Part shown: piece after piece, positions 28,622 to 36,161 of the stretch | Layout of the letters: every line of letters begins with the position of its first letter | Numbering within the stretch: position 1 is the stretch's first letter | Source of the DNA: a virus | Taxonomy: Duplodnaviria > Caudoviricetes | IMG/VR virus record: IMGVR_UViG_3300032116_000250 | Location: 1 to 55,587 of that record | DNA: 55,587 nucleotides | Strand: one strand, 5' to 3' | Notes under the pieces: generated by a model | Told to the model about the DNA's origin: nothing | The model's input: the letters and a program-made list of their open reading frames with translations, nothing else | The model's database searches: none | Translations under genes and position numbers: made by a program

Positions 28622-29155
28622 ATGCACCGCGACTGGACCATCATCGTCGATGACCGGGAGAAGAAACCCCTACCCTTCCCCGAGCACCTAGTCATAGCAG
28701 ATGAGATCGGCAACCCCTGCACCATCCGCCTACACACCACCTCCCAACGTATCCACAAGGGTGACTACCACCTACTAGGTTACGAACGACACTGCGTCAT
28801 CGAACGCAAGGGCTCCCTAGGCGAGGTCCTCAACAACCTCAACACACCCGCGGCGGCAAAGAGGTTGGAGGACGAGATGTTCTACCTCCGGACCCACGTG
28901 GCTCACCCCGTGCTTCTGTTTGAGGGGGACTTCGGCCACCTCAACCCCAACCTCAGGGACGGCACACCCGCAGGTGCCGTCACCTACGGCCTCCTCGCAA
29001 TGCTGGCCCGCCACCGGATCACCCCGCTGTTCATGAGTTGTGCTACACTTGCCCAACGTCGTACGTTCGCGGAGAACACCGCCAGGTTACTGATCGCGGG
29101 TGCTCTCCACCTCAGCCAGCCTCAACCCCAACCTCAGGTGACTCATGCCACGTAA
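28622..29155 (+). CDS. ERCC4/XPF-domain nuclease (resolvase-like)
   Basis: IIVDDRE...GDY...VIERKGSLGE. Confidence 0.85.
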   Translation: MHRDWTIIVDDREKKPLPFPEHLVIADEIGNPCTIRLHTTSQRIHKGDYHLLGYERHCVIERKGSLGEVLNNLNTPAAAKRLEDEMFYLRTHVAHPVLLFEGDFGHLNPNLRDGTPAGAVTYGLLAMLARHRITPLFMSCATLAQRRTFAENTARLLIAGALHLSQPQPQPQVTHAT

Positions 29156-29555
29156 CTCAGTAACGGTACTCCCTGTAGCAGGTACTCGAACCCGCATCTT
29201 CAAGTCGGCAGGTCTCACTCCCGCCGATCACCCGGGTGGTGCCGCCAAACTCACAGGCCCCGTCGGTGGCATCATCATTAAGCACACCGGCTCCACCACT
29301 GACACCTTCAACAACCTCGCAACGGGCATCATCATGGTCGAGGTGGTTACGTTGGGTCACGAAACTGGCGGCACCGCAGGCATCCGCACCCTAGGCTACC
29401 CCCTGCGTCCCAACGAGGACGTCGAATACTGGTCCTACGACGGCCAGCCTCCCATCACCGAGGTCTGGGCATGGGTCGCCACCGGCACAACCCCAACCCC
29501 TACGGACTGCTGCGTAGCCGTAACTGTGAGTGCTGGTCGCGGAAGTTCCTGCTAA
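29145..29555 (+). CDS. Hypothetical protein
   Basis: 136 aa, beta-rich. Confidence 0.65.
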   Translation: MPRNSVTVLPVAGTRTRIFKSAGLTPADHPGGAAKLTGPVGGIIIKHTGSTTDTFNNLATGIIMVEVVTLGHETGGTAGIRTLGYPLRPNEDVEYWSYDGQPPITEVWAWVATGTTPTPTDCCVAVTVSAGRGSSC

Positions 29556-29572
29556 CCAACTCCGGAGAGAAC

Positions 29573-29878
29573 ATGACGACCAACAGTACCATCACTGAGG
29601 AGCAGGACTCCTCCGTCACAGTCAAGCTCAGCCGTGCCGAGTGGCTCAAGATCCTCGGCGTATTCATGACAGGTTGTATTTCCCTGGGCACACTGGGCTG
29701 GTCGTGGGCCACCCGCCTCTCCAACGAGGTCAACGACCACAACTACCGGCTCCAAGCTCTCGAACAGTTCAAGCAAGAGACCCGCAGTGACATGAAGGAA
29801 CTCCTCGTCGAGATGAAGGCCATGCGTACAGCCCTCGACATCCTCACCGGTCGCACCTTCCCCGGAAACCCCCGATGA
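29573..29878 (+). CDS. Single-TM coiled-coil protein (holin-like)
   Basis: TM ILGVFMTGCISLGTLGWSWA then coiled coil; GGAG RBS. Confidence 0.55.
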   Translation: MTTNSTITEEQDSSVTVKLSRAEWLKILGVFMTGCISLGTLGWSWATRLSNEVNDHNYRLQALEQFKQETRSDMKELLVEMKAMRTALDILTGRTFPGNPR

Positions 29879-30537
29879 AAACTCCGCACTGGTTCCTCGA
29901 ACTCGTCAACGCGGTCAAGTACCTCTTCACCACCGAGCCCGTCCGCAGGGGCAAGCCCTCCCGCAGGTGGACCTACGCCGCCATCGGAGCCTGCATCACC
30001 CTGCTCCTCATCTCCCTGCTCCTCGCTCTCGGGGGCTGCGAGAGTGCGACCTCCAACATCTCCGAGGCTAACACCTCCATCACCAATCACGCCCAAGCGG
30101 CGACCGCCGACATCAAAGAGGCCATCGCAACCAACGACGTGGGCCCCCTCGCACTGCCCCACCTCAACAGTGCCACCGGCCACATGGCCGCCATCCAGGG
30201 CGACACCATCAAGGTCAGTCGTAACCTCACCAAGGTCAAAGACATCACCCCCTGGTGGGCCACCCTCATGGGCAACATCGCCCTCATCGTCCTCGTGATC
30301 GCCGTGTTCCTGGGGTCCCTCTACCTGGGTCTCTTCCCCGTGGTCAGGGCCGCCATCGCGGTGACCTTCGGCTGGTTGAAGTTCCTCCCCAAGTCAGACA
30401 CCACCAGTGCGAAGTTCGACCTGGAGTATCTCCAGACGAACCCCAACGACGGTCCTGCCCGCGAACGCATCGCGGCACGACGCTCCAGCGACCCCACCTA
30501 CGACGCGGCCTTCCGCTTGCTCAAGCCCCGCAAGTAA
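29875..30537 (+). CDS. Putative lipoprotein with second TM (spanin-like)
   Basis: Hydrophobic leader ending LALGG-C, then a helical region and a second TM segment. Confidence 0.55.
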   Translation: MKTPHWFLELVNAVKYLFTTEPVRRGKPSRRWTYAAIGACITLLLISLLLALGGCESATSNISEANTSITNHAQAATADIKEAIATNDVGPLALPHLNSATGHMAAIQGDTIKVSRNLTKVKDITPWWATLMGNIALIVLVIAVFLGSLYLGLFPVVRAAIAVTFGWLKFLPKSDTTSAKFDLEYLQTNPNDGPARERIAARRSSDPTYDAAFRLLKPRK

Positions 30538-30594
30538 CGGTTGTGGGGTTGTGGGCCCTTACGGGGGGCCCACAACCGGGTTGGAGTTTAACCT

Positions 30595-30966
30595 ATGAGT
30601 ACACGCACATACCAGTGGGTTGATGGAGTCATCACCCGCAAAGACCTCCGCTGCAACCCCCGACTTGCTTACATCTTTGGGGACAACCTCATCAGTCAGG
30701 GCCGTGGAGGCATGGCAGGTGAGATGCGGGGCGAACCCAACGCCTTCGGCATCCCCACCAAGAGGTTTCCAGCAATGACCCCCGAGTCATTCTTCTCCGA
30801 CAACCACTACGACGAAAACATCCGCTGCATCATCGCAGCCATCGACACCATCCCCGGGTCATTCACAACGGTGATTGTTCCCAAGGGTCTGGGTCGTGGT
30901 CTTGCACAACTCCACTCACGTGCTCCCCGGACTTACGCCAAGCTCGTCGAGCTTCTCACCTCCTGA
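30595..30966 (+). CDS. Conserved phage protein, possibly Macro-like fold
   Basis: YIFGDNL..QGRGGMA.EMRGEPNAFGIPTK...GLGRGLAQL motif; fold assignment is inference. Confidence 0.6.
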   Translation: MSTRTYQWVDGVITRKDLRCNPRLAYIFGDNLISQGRGGMAGEMRGEPNAFGIPTKRFPAMTPESFFSDNHYDENIRCIIAAIDTIPGSFTTVIVPKGLGRGLAQLHSRAPRTYAKLVELLTS

Positions 30967-31032
30967 CCTCCCCTCACGTGGGGTTGCTCCCTTAACGGGG
31001 GGCACCCCCTTTACCCCAACACAAGGACTCAT

Positions 31033-31680
31033 ATGGCATTTCACCCTTACACCGGTATCGGTTCGCGTAAGACGCCACCCGCTGTCCTTGCGAAGATGGA
31101 GGCCATCGCCCAGTTCCTCGGCGAGAAGGGCCTCGGTCTTCGCAGTGGTGGTGCCATTGGTGCTGACGCTGCCTTTGAACGTGGAGCCCTCCGCAGCAAA
31201 GGTCCCATCGCCAGCTACCGCATCCCGGGGAACAACGGCATGACCCTCAGGCCTGACGAAGTACGCGGAGGCCCCCAGCCCTGGATGCAGGACTCCACCC
31301 AACTCCCCGGGTGGAAGGACACCGCCAGCATTCTCGACCAACTGGGACGCATGGTCTACCACAACATCCCCAGGTTCCCCATCTCAGAGAACTCCTACCC
31401 CCAACGCCTGCAACGCCGCAACATCTTCCAGGTTGTTGGTCCCAAGCTGGACACCCCCAGCAAGTTCACCGTGGCATACACACCAACAGGTTACAAGGGT
31501 CAGGGCCTCCTCGACTACAACAACCCCGACCAACGCAGCGGTACCAACACCGCCATCAAGATGTCCGCCGCGAACGACGTGCCCGTCTTCAACCTGCACA
31601 ACCCCGAGTACCCGGACCTCCCCAACGAGCAAGAACTCGCCGCCCTGCGAGCCTTCCTCCGGGACACTCACCTCATCTAA
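31033..31680 (+). CDS. DprA/Smf-like SLOG-family protein
   Basis: YTGIGSRKTP, LRSGGAIGADAAFERGA, RRNIFQVVG, GTNTAI...VPVFNL. Confidence 0.8.
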   Translation: MAFHPYTGIGSRKTPPAVLAKMEAIAQFLGEKGLGLRSGGAIGADAAFERGALRSKGPIASYRIPGNNGMTLRPDEVRGGPQPWMQDSTQLPGWKDTASILDQLGRMVYHNIPRFPISENSYPQRLQRRNIFQVVGPKLDTPSKFTVAYTPTGYKGQGLLDYNNPDQRSGTNTAIKMSAANDVPVFNLHNPEYPDLPNEQELAALRAFLRDTHLI

Positions 31681-31703
31681 CAACTGACCCCGGAGACTCA
31701 CCC

Positions 31704-33107
31704 TTGGAACCCCCCATTGGCAGTGGCCAATCCGCTATCGACTGGATGTCCCACCACGGGTACACCCCCTGCACCCCCAACTGCTCCCCCAGTGCCCTGG
31801 ACACCGCGATGTCCAATCCCTTCGTTTACCTCCTGTCCTCACGGTACCGCCTGGCCCCCCGCTATGAACGCATCGAGGCTTTCTCCCGGGGCATCTGGTT
31901 CCACAAGCGGTTCGAGTACCTCCTCTACCCCGACAACGAAGCCCGCACCATGATGTCCCGGGCCTGGTCCCTCCACCAACGGGCCCTCCTGAGCGACCTC
32001 CGCACCAGCGGCGTGTCCCGGGACAAACAATCCCAGATCCTCGAAGAGGACCGCCACGACATGCAAACCACCACGGCATGGTTCGATGCGGCCCGCACCA
32101 TCCCCATCGGCAGGCACGGCACCTTCGAGCACATCCTCAAGAACGGACACTTCACCATCTTGGACCAGGAGGTCACCCTGGTCCATCAGGCTGAGGCCCG
32201 CAAGTCCCAGGGGTCCTACCCCCTGAAGGGCCGCATCGACGGCCTGCTCCTCAACAACAAAGACAACACCCTCTGGGTCCTTGACCTCAAGACCACGGGT
32301 AAGCAGACCCCTCCGCTCGACCGGATGGCTCAGTGTCCATACGACACCCAGACCCTCCACTACATCCGGATGCTGCACCTCATGCAGGGTCACATCATCG
32401 ACACCTACAAGCTGGACCCCAGCACCACCGTCGGCGGCATGATCCACCTGGTCGTCGCCAAGCCCCCCATCGAGTACGGTGAGAAGGACCGCCAGTACAC
32501 GTTGGATACCTCACCCTTCAAGAGCGGTCCCCGGAAGGGCCAGCCCCGCAACGAACGCATCTACACCGGTGACCCCAACCTCGCCATGTACACGGCCCGC
32601 TGCCGTGAATGGTTCCTCGGGGAGGGTGACTACCTCCACGAAAACGAAGATCGAAAGTTATCCCCGAAGATCAACATTTCGTACACGAAAATCTCTCCCG
32701 AGTTTGACCACGATGACTGGTTTTCCTATCATCAACTCCTGCACAACTTCGAACGCCTCTCCATGGGACCTGCTCTCCTCCAACGTTTCTATAAGCACCC
32801 CAGTGGAGCCTCCGGACCCTATGCCCCGTTCTATCCGGCACACCCCCGTGACTGGCCCAGCATCATCCAAGAGCATGGCTTCCGCTATCGGCCTATCACG
32901 GCCGACGAGCCCGGCCTCTCCTCGGACAACCTCAAGAACCCCAACCTCCTGACCGACATGTACAGTGTCGCAGAGGTCTTCGCAGATCCATATTCCCCCG
33001 CACCCCTAACACTGGAGACCCCCGATGGCAGCCAAGAAGACAGCCCGCAAGAAGACCCCCCGACGCAAGACCCCCAGGACCCTCCCCTGGATCAAGGGGT
33101 TCAATGA
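31704..33107 (+). CDS. PD-(D/E)XK (RecB/Cas4-like) exonuclease
   Basis: SPSAL, RGIWFH, GRIDGLL...WVLDLKTT, QTLHY; TTG start with GGAG RBS. Confidence 0.8.
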   Translation: MEPPIGSGQSAIDWMSHHGYTPCTPNCSPSALDTAMSNPFVYLLSSRYRLAPRYERIEAFSRGIWFHKRFEYLLYPDNEARTMMSRAWSLHQRALLSDLRTSGVSRDKQSQILEEDRHDMQTTTAWFDAARTIPIGRHGTFEHILKNGHFTILDQEVTLVHQAEARKSQGSYPLKGRIDGLLLNNKDNTLWVLDLKTTGKQTPPLDRMAQCPYDTQTLHYIRMLHLMQGHIIDTYKLDPSTTVGGMIHLVVAKPPIEYGEKDRQYTLDTSPFKSGPRKGQPRNERIYTGDPNLAMYTARCREWFLGEGDYLHENEDRKLSPKINISYTKISPEFDHDDWFSYHQLLHNFERLSMGPALLQRFYKHPSGASGPYAPFYPAHPRDWPSIIQEHGFRYRPITADEPGLSSDNLKNPNLLTDMYSVAEVFADPYSPAPLTLETPDGSQEDSPQEDPPTQDPQDPPLDQGVQ

Positions 33108-33621
33108 GGTTATCGTCAACGAGGTGATTGCACCCCGCCTCAATAACACCATTGCGAGTTCCGACGAACCCATCACCACGATGAAGCAGTTCCGGGGGTC
33201 ATTCGAGCGGACCTACGCCGTGAAGGTCTCACCGCCTGTGTTCCGTGAGTGGTGCAACCACCTCGGCTACTCCTTCAAGGCGGCCCTTGCGACCCGTGCC
33301 CAGACCCCCTACGACCAGGACGGCAGCGTCTTCCGCAACCCCCGCACAACGGGTATCCTCACCGATGTACTCCAGCAGGCCTTCACCAAGTCCGAACTCC
33401 TCAACGCCAGCACCTTCGTCACCCCCGAGTCAGAGCCCGAGGGTGAACTCCTCGACGACGGTGATCCCGAGACCGACGCCATGGGGCCCCTGGGCGGACC
33501 ACCCGCTCCCGTCCGGCAGCCGGTCGATAACGACCCGTGGGGCGTTGACTACCGCACGGCAGTCGCCAGCCGGTCGGACACCCCCGGTGTGACCCTCGCA
33601 CCTCGCCACCCCGGGTCCTAA
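33025..33621 (+). CDS. Hypothetical protein, basic N-terminus
   Basis: MAAKKTARKKTPRRKTPR; GGAG RBS. Confidence 0.7.
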   Translation: MAAKKTARKKTPRRKTPRTLPWIKGFNEVIVNEVIAPRLNNTIASSDEPITTMKQFRGSFERTYAVKVSPPVFREWCNHLGYSFKAALATRAQTPYDQDGSVFRNPRTTGILTDVLQQAFTKSELLNASTFVTPESEPEGELLDDGDPETDAMGPLGGPPAPVRQPVDNDPWGVDYRTAVASRSDTPGVTLAPRHPGS

Positions 33622-33633
33622 CAGGAGAACCCC

Positions 33634-34560
33634 ATGCAGCAATCGTTCCAAGTGGGCACCCCCAAGTGGGGTACCGCCCTCGGTGGCATGACAAACTCGG
33701 TGATGGGGGCACCCGCCCACGCTATCCGTGCCATGATCCTCGGACGTCCCAAGGTCGGCAAGTCCACCTTCCTCCAGACCAACCCCGACGCCTTCATCTT
33801 CAACTTCGACGTGTCCCCCACCGTCACCAACGGGCCTGCTCCCGCCACCATCTGGCCCGGCGTCTCCAACGAAGGCCAACCCATTGAGTTCGATGGGAAG
33901 CCCTTCATCTTCCACTACAAGGAAGTGCTCCGCAAGATCATGGTCCTCAAGGAGTTGGCCGCCAAGGGCCAGGCTCGCCCCAAGACCATCGTGTTCGACA
34001 CCATCACGGTGTGGATCAAATTGCTCCGCGAGTATGTCACCCAGAACTCCGTGGTGCTGGGCCTCACCAAGGACGAAGTCAAAGAGTTCCGCCACCTCGA
34101 CGGACGCAGTGCCCACGACCTCGTCAACAACCTCATCCGCAACACCATCCTGGAACTGCACGCCTGCGGATACGGCGTCTACGTGGTGGGCCACATCGCC
34201 AATGCCAAGATCGCCCTGGCCGACGACATCACCAGCTACATCCCCGAGTTGAAGGGTGTGAGTGACGGCCTGTGGGCCTCCCTCCAAGGGCACCTCGACC
34301 TCATCGCGGCGTTCGAGAGCACCGTCCAACTGGTGAAAGAGCCCGTCTACAGCACCTCCAACCCCGGGATCAAGACCGGGGAACGCACGGTGTCCGTCAG
34401 CAAGCGTCAGATCGTCCTCAACAGTCCCGCATACGCAGGGTTGTGCGGCAAACGTGTCCGCACACTCCCTGATGCAATCCCCCTCGAAGCCGACACGGCT
34501 TGGGCAGACTTCGAGAAGGTTTACAACAACGCCCTCGCACAGCAGAAAGGTCTCGTATGA
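33634..34560 (+). CDS. AAA_24 / Sak4-like recombinase ATPase
   Basis: Walker A GRPKVGKST, Walker B TIVFDT, VVGH; lies between the exonuclease and the putative SSB. Confidence 0.8.
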   Translation: MQQSFQVGTPKWGTALGGMTNSVMGAPAHAIRAMILGRPKVGKSTFLQTNPDAFIFNFDVSPTVTNGPAPATIWPGVSNEGQPIEFDGKPFIFHYKEVLRKIMVLKELAAKGQARPKTIVFDTITVWIKLLREYVTQNSVVLGLTKDEVKEFRHLDGRSAHDLVNNLIRNTILELHACGYGVYVVGHIANAKIALADDITSYIPELKGVSDGLWASLQGHLDLIAAFESTVQLVKEPVYSTSNPGIKTGERTVSVSKRQIVLNSPAYAGLCGKRVRTLPDAIPLEADTAWADFEKVYNNALAQQKGLV

Positions 34561-35075
34561 GTTTCTCAGACAACGACATCATGAATCAGTTCAAGGAAGA
34601 CGTCTCCAAGATCGAGACGCAGGGAGGTCTCCCGGACGACGGCGAGTACGTCGCCCAGGTCACCGGCCTGAACCTCAACCCCAAGACCGTCATGGGCAAC
34701 AAGGGGGCCACCGTGCCGGTCACCTACGCCAGCTTCTCCTACAAGCTGGTCGATGACCCCCTGAGCCCCACCGACGGCCGGGCCTTCCGTGGGTCCCTCT
34801 TCTCCATCATCAAGGCCAGCGACATCGACACGGCCTTCGAGGGTGGTCAGAAGCAGTCCAAGGAAATCTCCAAGCAGCAGTTCATCGGAGCCCTCGCCGC
34901 CATCACCGGTGAGAAGCCCACCGACCTGGGCACCTCCATGCTCCAGGCCAAGGAACTCTTCGCCAGTGCAACCCCGCCCGTGGTGAAGCTGCGTGTCTCG
35001 ACCCGCAAGTACCCCAAGAAGGACGGCACCACGGGGTCCGATACCAGCGAACGCATCATCACCCGGGTCTCTTAA
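34557..35075 (+). CDS. Putative ssDNA-binding protein (DUF669-like)
   Basis: LPDDGEYVAQV N-terminal pattern; position directly after the Sak4-like gene. Confidence 0.6.
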   Translation: MSFSDNDIMNQFKEDVSKIETQGGLPDDGEYVAQVTGLNLNPKTVMGNKGATVPVTYASFSYKLVDDPLSPTDGRAFRGSLFSIIKASDIDTAFEGGQKQSKEISKQQFIGALAAITGEKPTDLGTSMLQAKELFASATPPVVKLRVSTRKYPKKDGTTGSDTSERIITRVS

Positions 35076-35113
35076 CCCCAGCAACCCGAGACCTTGTTGG
35101 TCTCTGCACACGG

Positions 35114-35145
35114 GGTACCCGGGGGTAAAACCTCGGGTACCTTTT
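35114..35145 (+). terminator. Putative intrinsic terminator
   Basis: GGTACCCGGGG-GTAAAA-CCTCGGGTACC-TTTT. Confidence 0.6.
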
Positions 35146-35196
35146 CCCCACCCCCTCCCGTAGGGTCCGTCTTTCTAACCGGGGACGGACCCCTTA

Positions 35197-35277
35197 GGCC
35201 CTGTAGCACAATGGTAGTGCGACGGCTCCGTAACCATCCGGGCCGACGAAGTGTGGGTTCGACTCCCACCAGGGCCA
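35197..35277 (+). tRNA. tRNA-like gene with abnormal 15-nt anticodon loop (isotype undetermined)
   Basis: Acceptor GGCCCTG/CAGGGCC, D arm GCAC/GTGC, T arm GTGGG-TTCGACT-CCCAC; anticodon stem CGGC/GCCG encloses TCCGTAACCATCCGG. Confidence 0.7.
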
Positions 35278-35280
35278 TTC

Positions 35281-35378
35281 CCCCAGAGCGTGGCGGGCAA
35301 GCGCCTCCTGTCCTTTCGGTCCGCAACCCGGCAACTCACGGCGTCAGGGTAAACACAAACGATCAATCGTCTCTGGGG
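35281..35378 (+). ncRNA. Unknown structured RNA between the tRNA genes
   Basis: Closing stem CCCCAGAG/CTCTGGGG; internal stems GGCG/CGCC, CCTG/CAGG, ACGAT/ATCGT. Confidence 0.4.
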
Positions 35379-35381
35379 TTT

Positions 35382-35453
35382 TCCCGGGTAGCACAATGGC
35401 GGTGCATCGGCCTTTGGAGCCGAGGGTTGTGGGTTCAAGTCCCACCCCGGGGG
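35382..35453 (+). tRNA. tRNA-Gln(UUG), CCA not encoded
   Basis: TCCCGGG/CCCGGGG acceptor, G discriminator, TCGGC-CT TTG GA-GCCGA anticodon arm, GTGGG-TTCAAGT-CCCAC T arm. Confidence 0.92.
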
Positions 35454-35455
35454 TT

Positions 35456-35605
35456 AGTACACGGGAGTACATGGTTAGTACACGGCGTTTCCGACCTAGG
35501 AAACAAGGCCTTTACCCCCGAGTACATTAGTACATGTCTCTTTTTGTAAAGTAAAGTAGAGATATATAGTAGAAGTAATCCCAAACCCCCGTGTACTCAT
35601 GTACT
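35456..35605. other. Origin-like element B (inverted homologue of element A)
   Basis: Three auxiliary AGTACA sites, then AGTACATTAGTACAT, a 55 bp AT-rich core, and GTGTACTCATGTACT. Confidence 0.7.
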
Positions 35606-35630
35606 ACGGCCTACCCTAAGGAGATCCCCC

Positions 35631-36095
35631 ATGACTCAGCTTATGACTCGTTGTTTCCGTGACGTCCCCAACGGCTATGTCCTCGACGCAGGCAGCTTGC
35701 CTTCCAACTGGATCGGCATGTACAAGGGTGAGCACGAGAAGCACCTCGAAATCACCGTGGGCAACGCAGATGAGGGACACTCCGCCAGGGTCCTCATCGA
35801 CAAGCACCAGGCCTACATCCTGAGCGTTAAGCTCCGGGAGTACGCCCGCACCAGCAGCTTCAGTAGGGGTAACCCCCGGGTCATTCCGTGGCTGGGTGGC
35901 CACATGCTGGTCAGCAACCTGGAACTCGGCGTGGACGTCGAAATCCCAGACACCTACACCCCAACCTGCGGTAAACCTTCCACCGCACCCCGCAAGCGGA
36001 AGGCACGCACCCCCAGCACAAGGAAGTGCACTATGGCCAAGAAGCCCGCACCGAAGAAGCCCGCCCCCAAGGGTGGCAAGAAGACCGCCTGCTAA
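35631..36095 (+). CDS. Hypothetical protein with Lys/Pro/Ala-rich tail
   Basis: TAAGGAG RBS; ends MAKKPAPKKPAPKGGKKTAC. Confidence 0.7.
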   Translation: MTQLMTRCFRDVPNGYVLDAGSLPSNWIGMYKGEHEKHLEITVGNADEGHSARVLIDKHQAYILSVKLREYARTSSFSRGNPRVIPWLGGHMLVSNLELGVDVEIPDTYTPTCGKPSTAPRKRKARTPSTRKCTMAKKPAPKKPAPKGGKKTAC

Positions 36096-36161
36096 TCCCA
36101 GGTCAACTCCCACTCCCCCACACGCAACCGCATGTGAGGGGAGGTTCCTCAGGTACGATAT

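Noticed and set aside
31311-31703. N-terminal extension of the nuclease ORF (likewise 11451-11606 and 26140-26265)
   Set aside because: Overlaps upstream genes or regulatory DNA; better-supported starts lie downstream.
31704-33107. Cas4 as part of a CRISPR-Cas system
   Set aside because: No array or other cas genes; the context is the usual exonuclease-Sak4-SSB recombination module.
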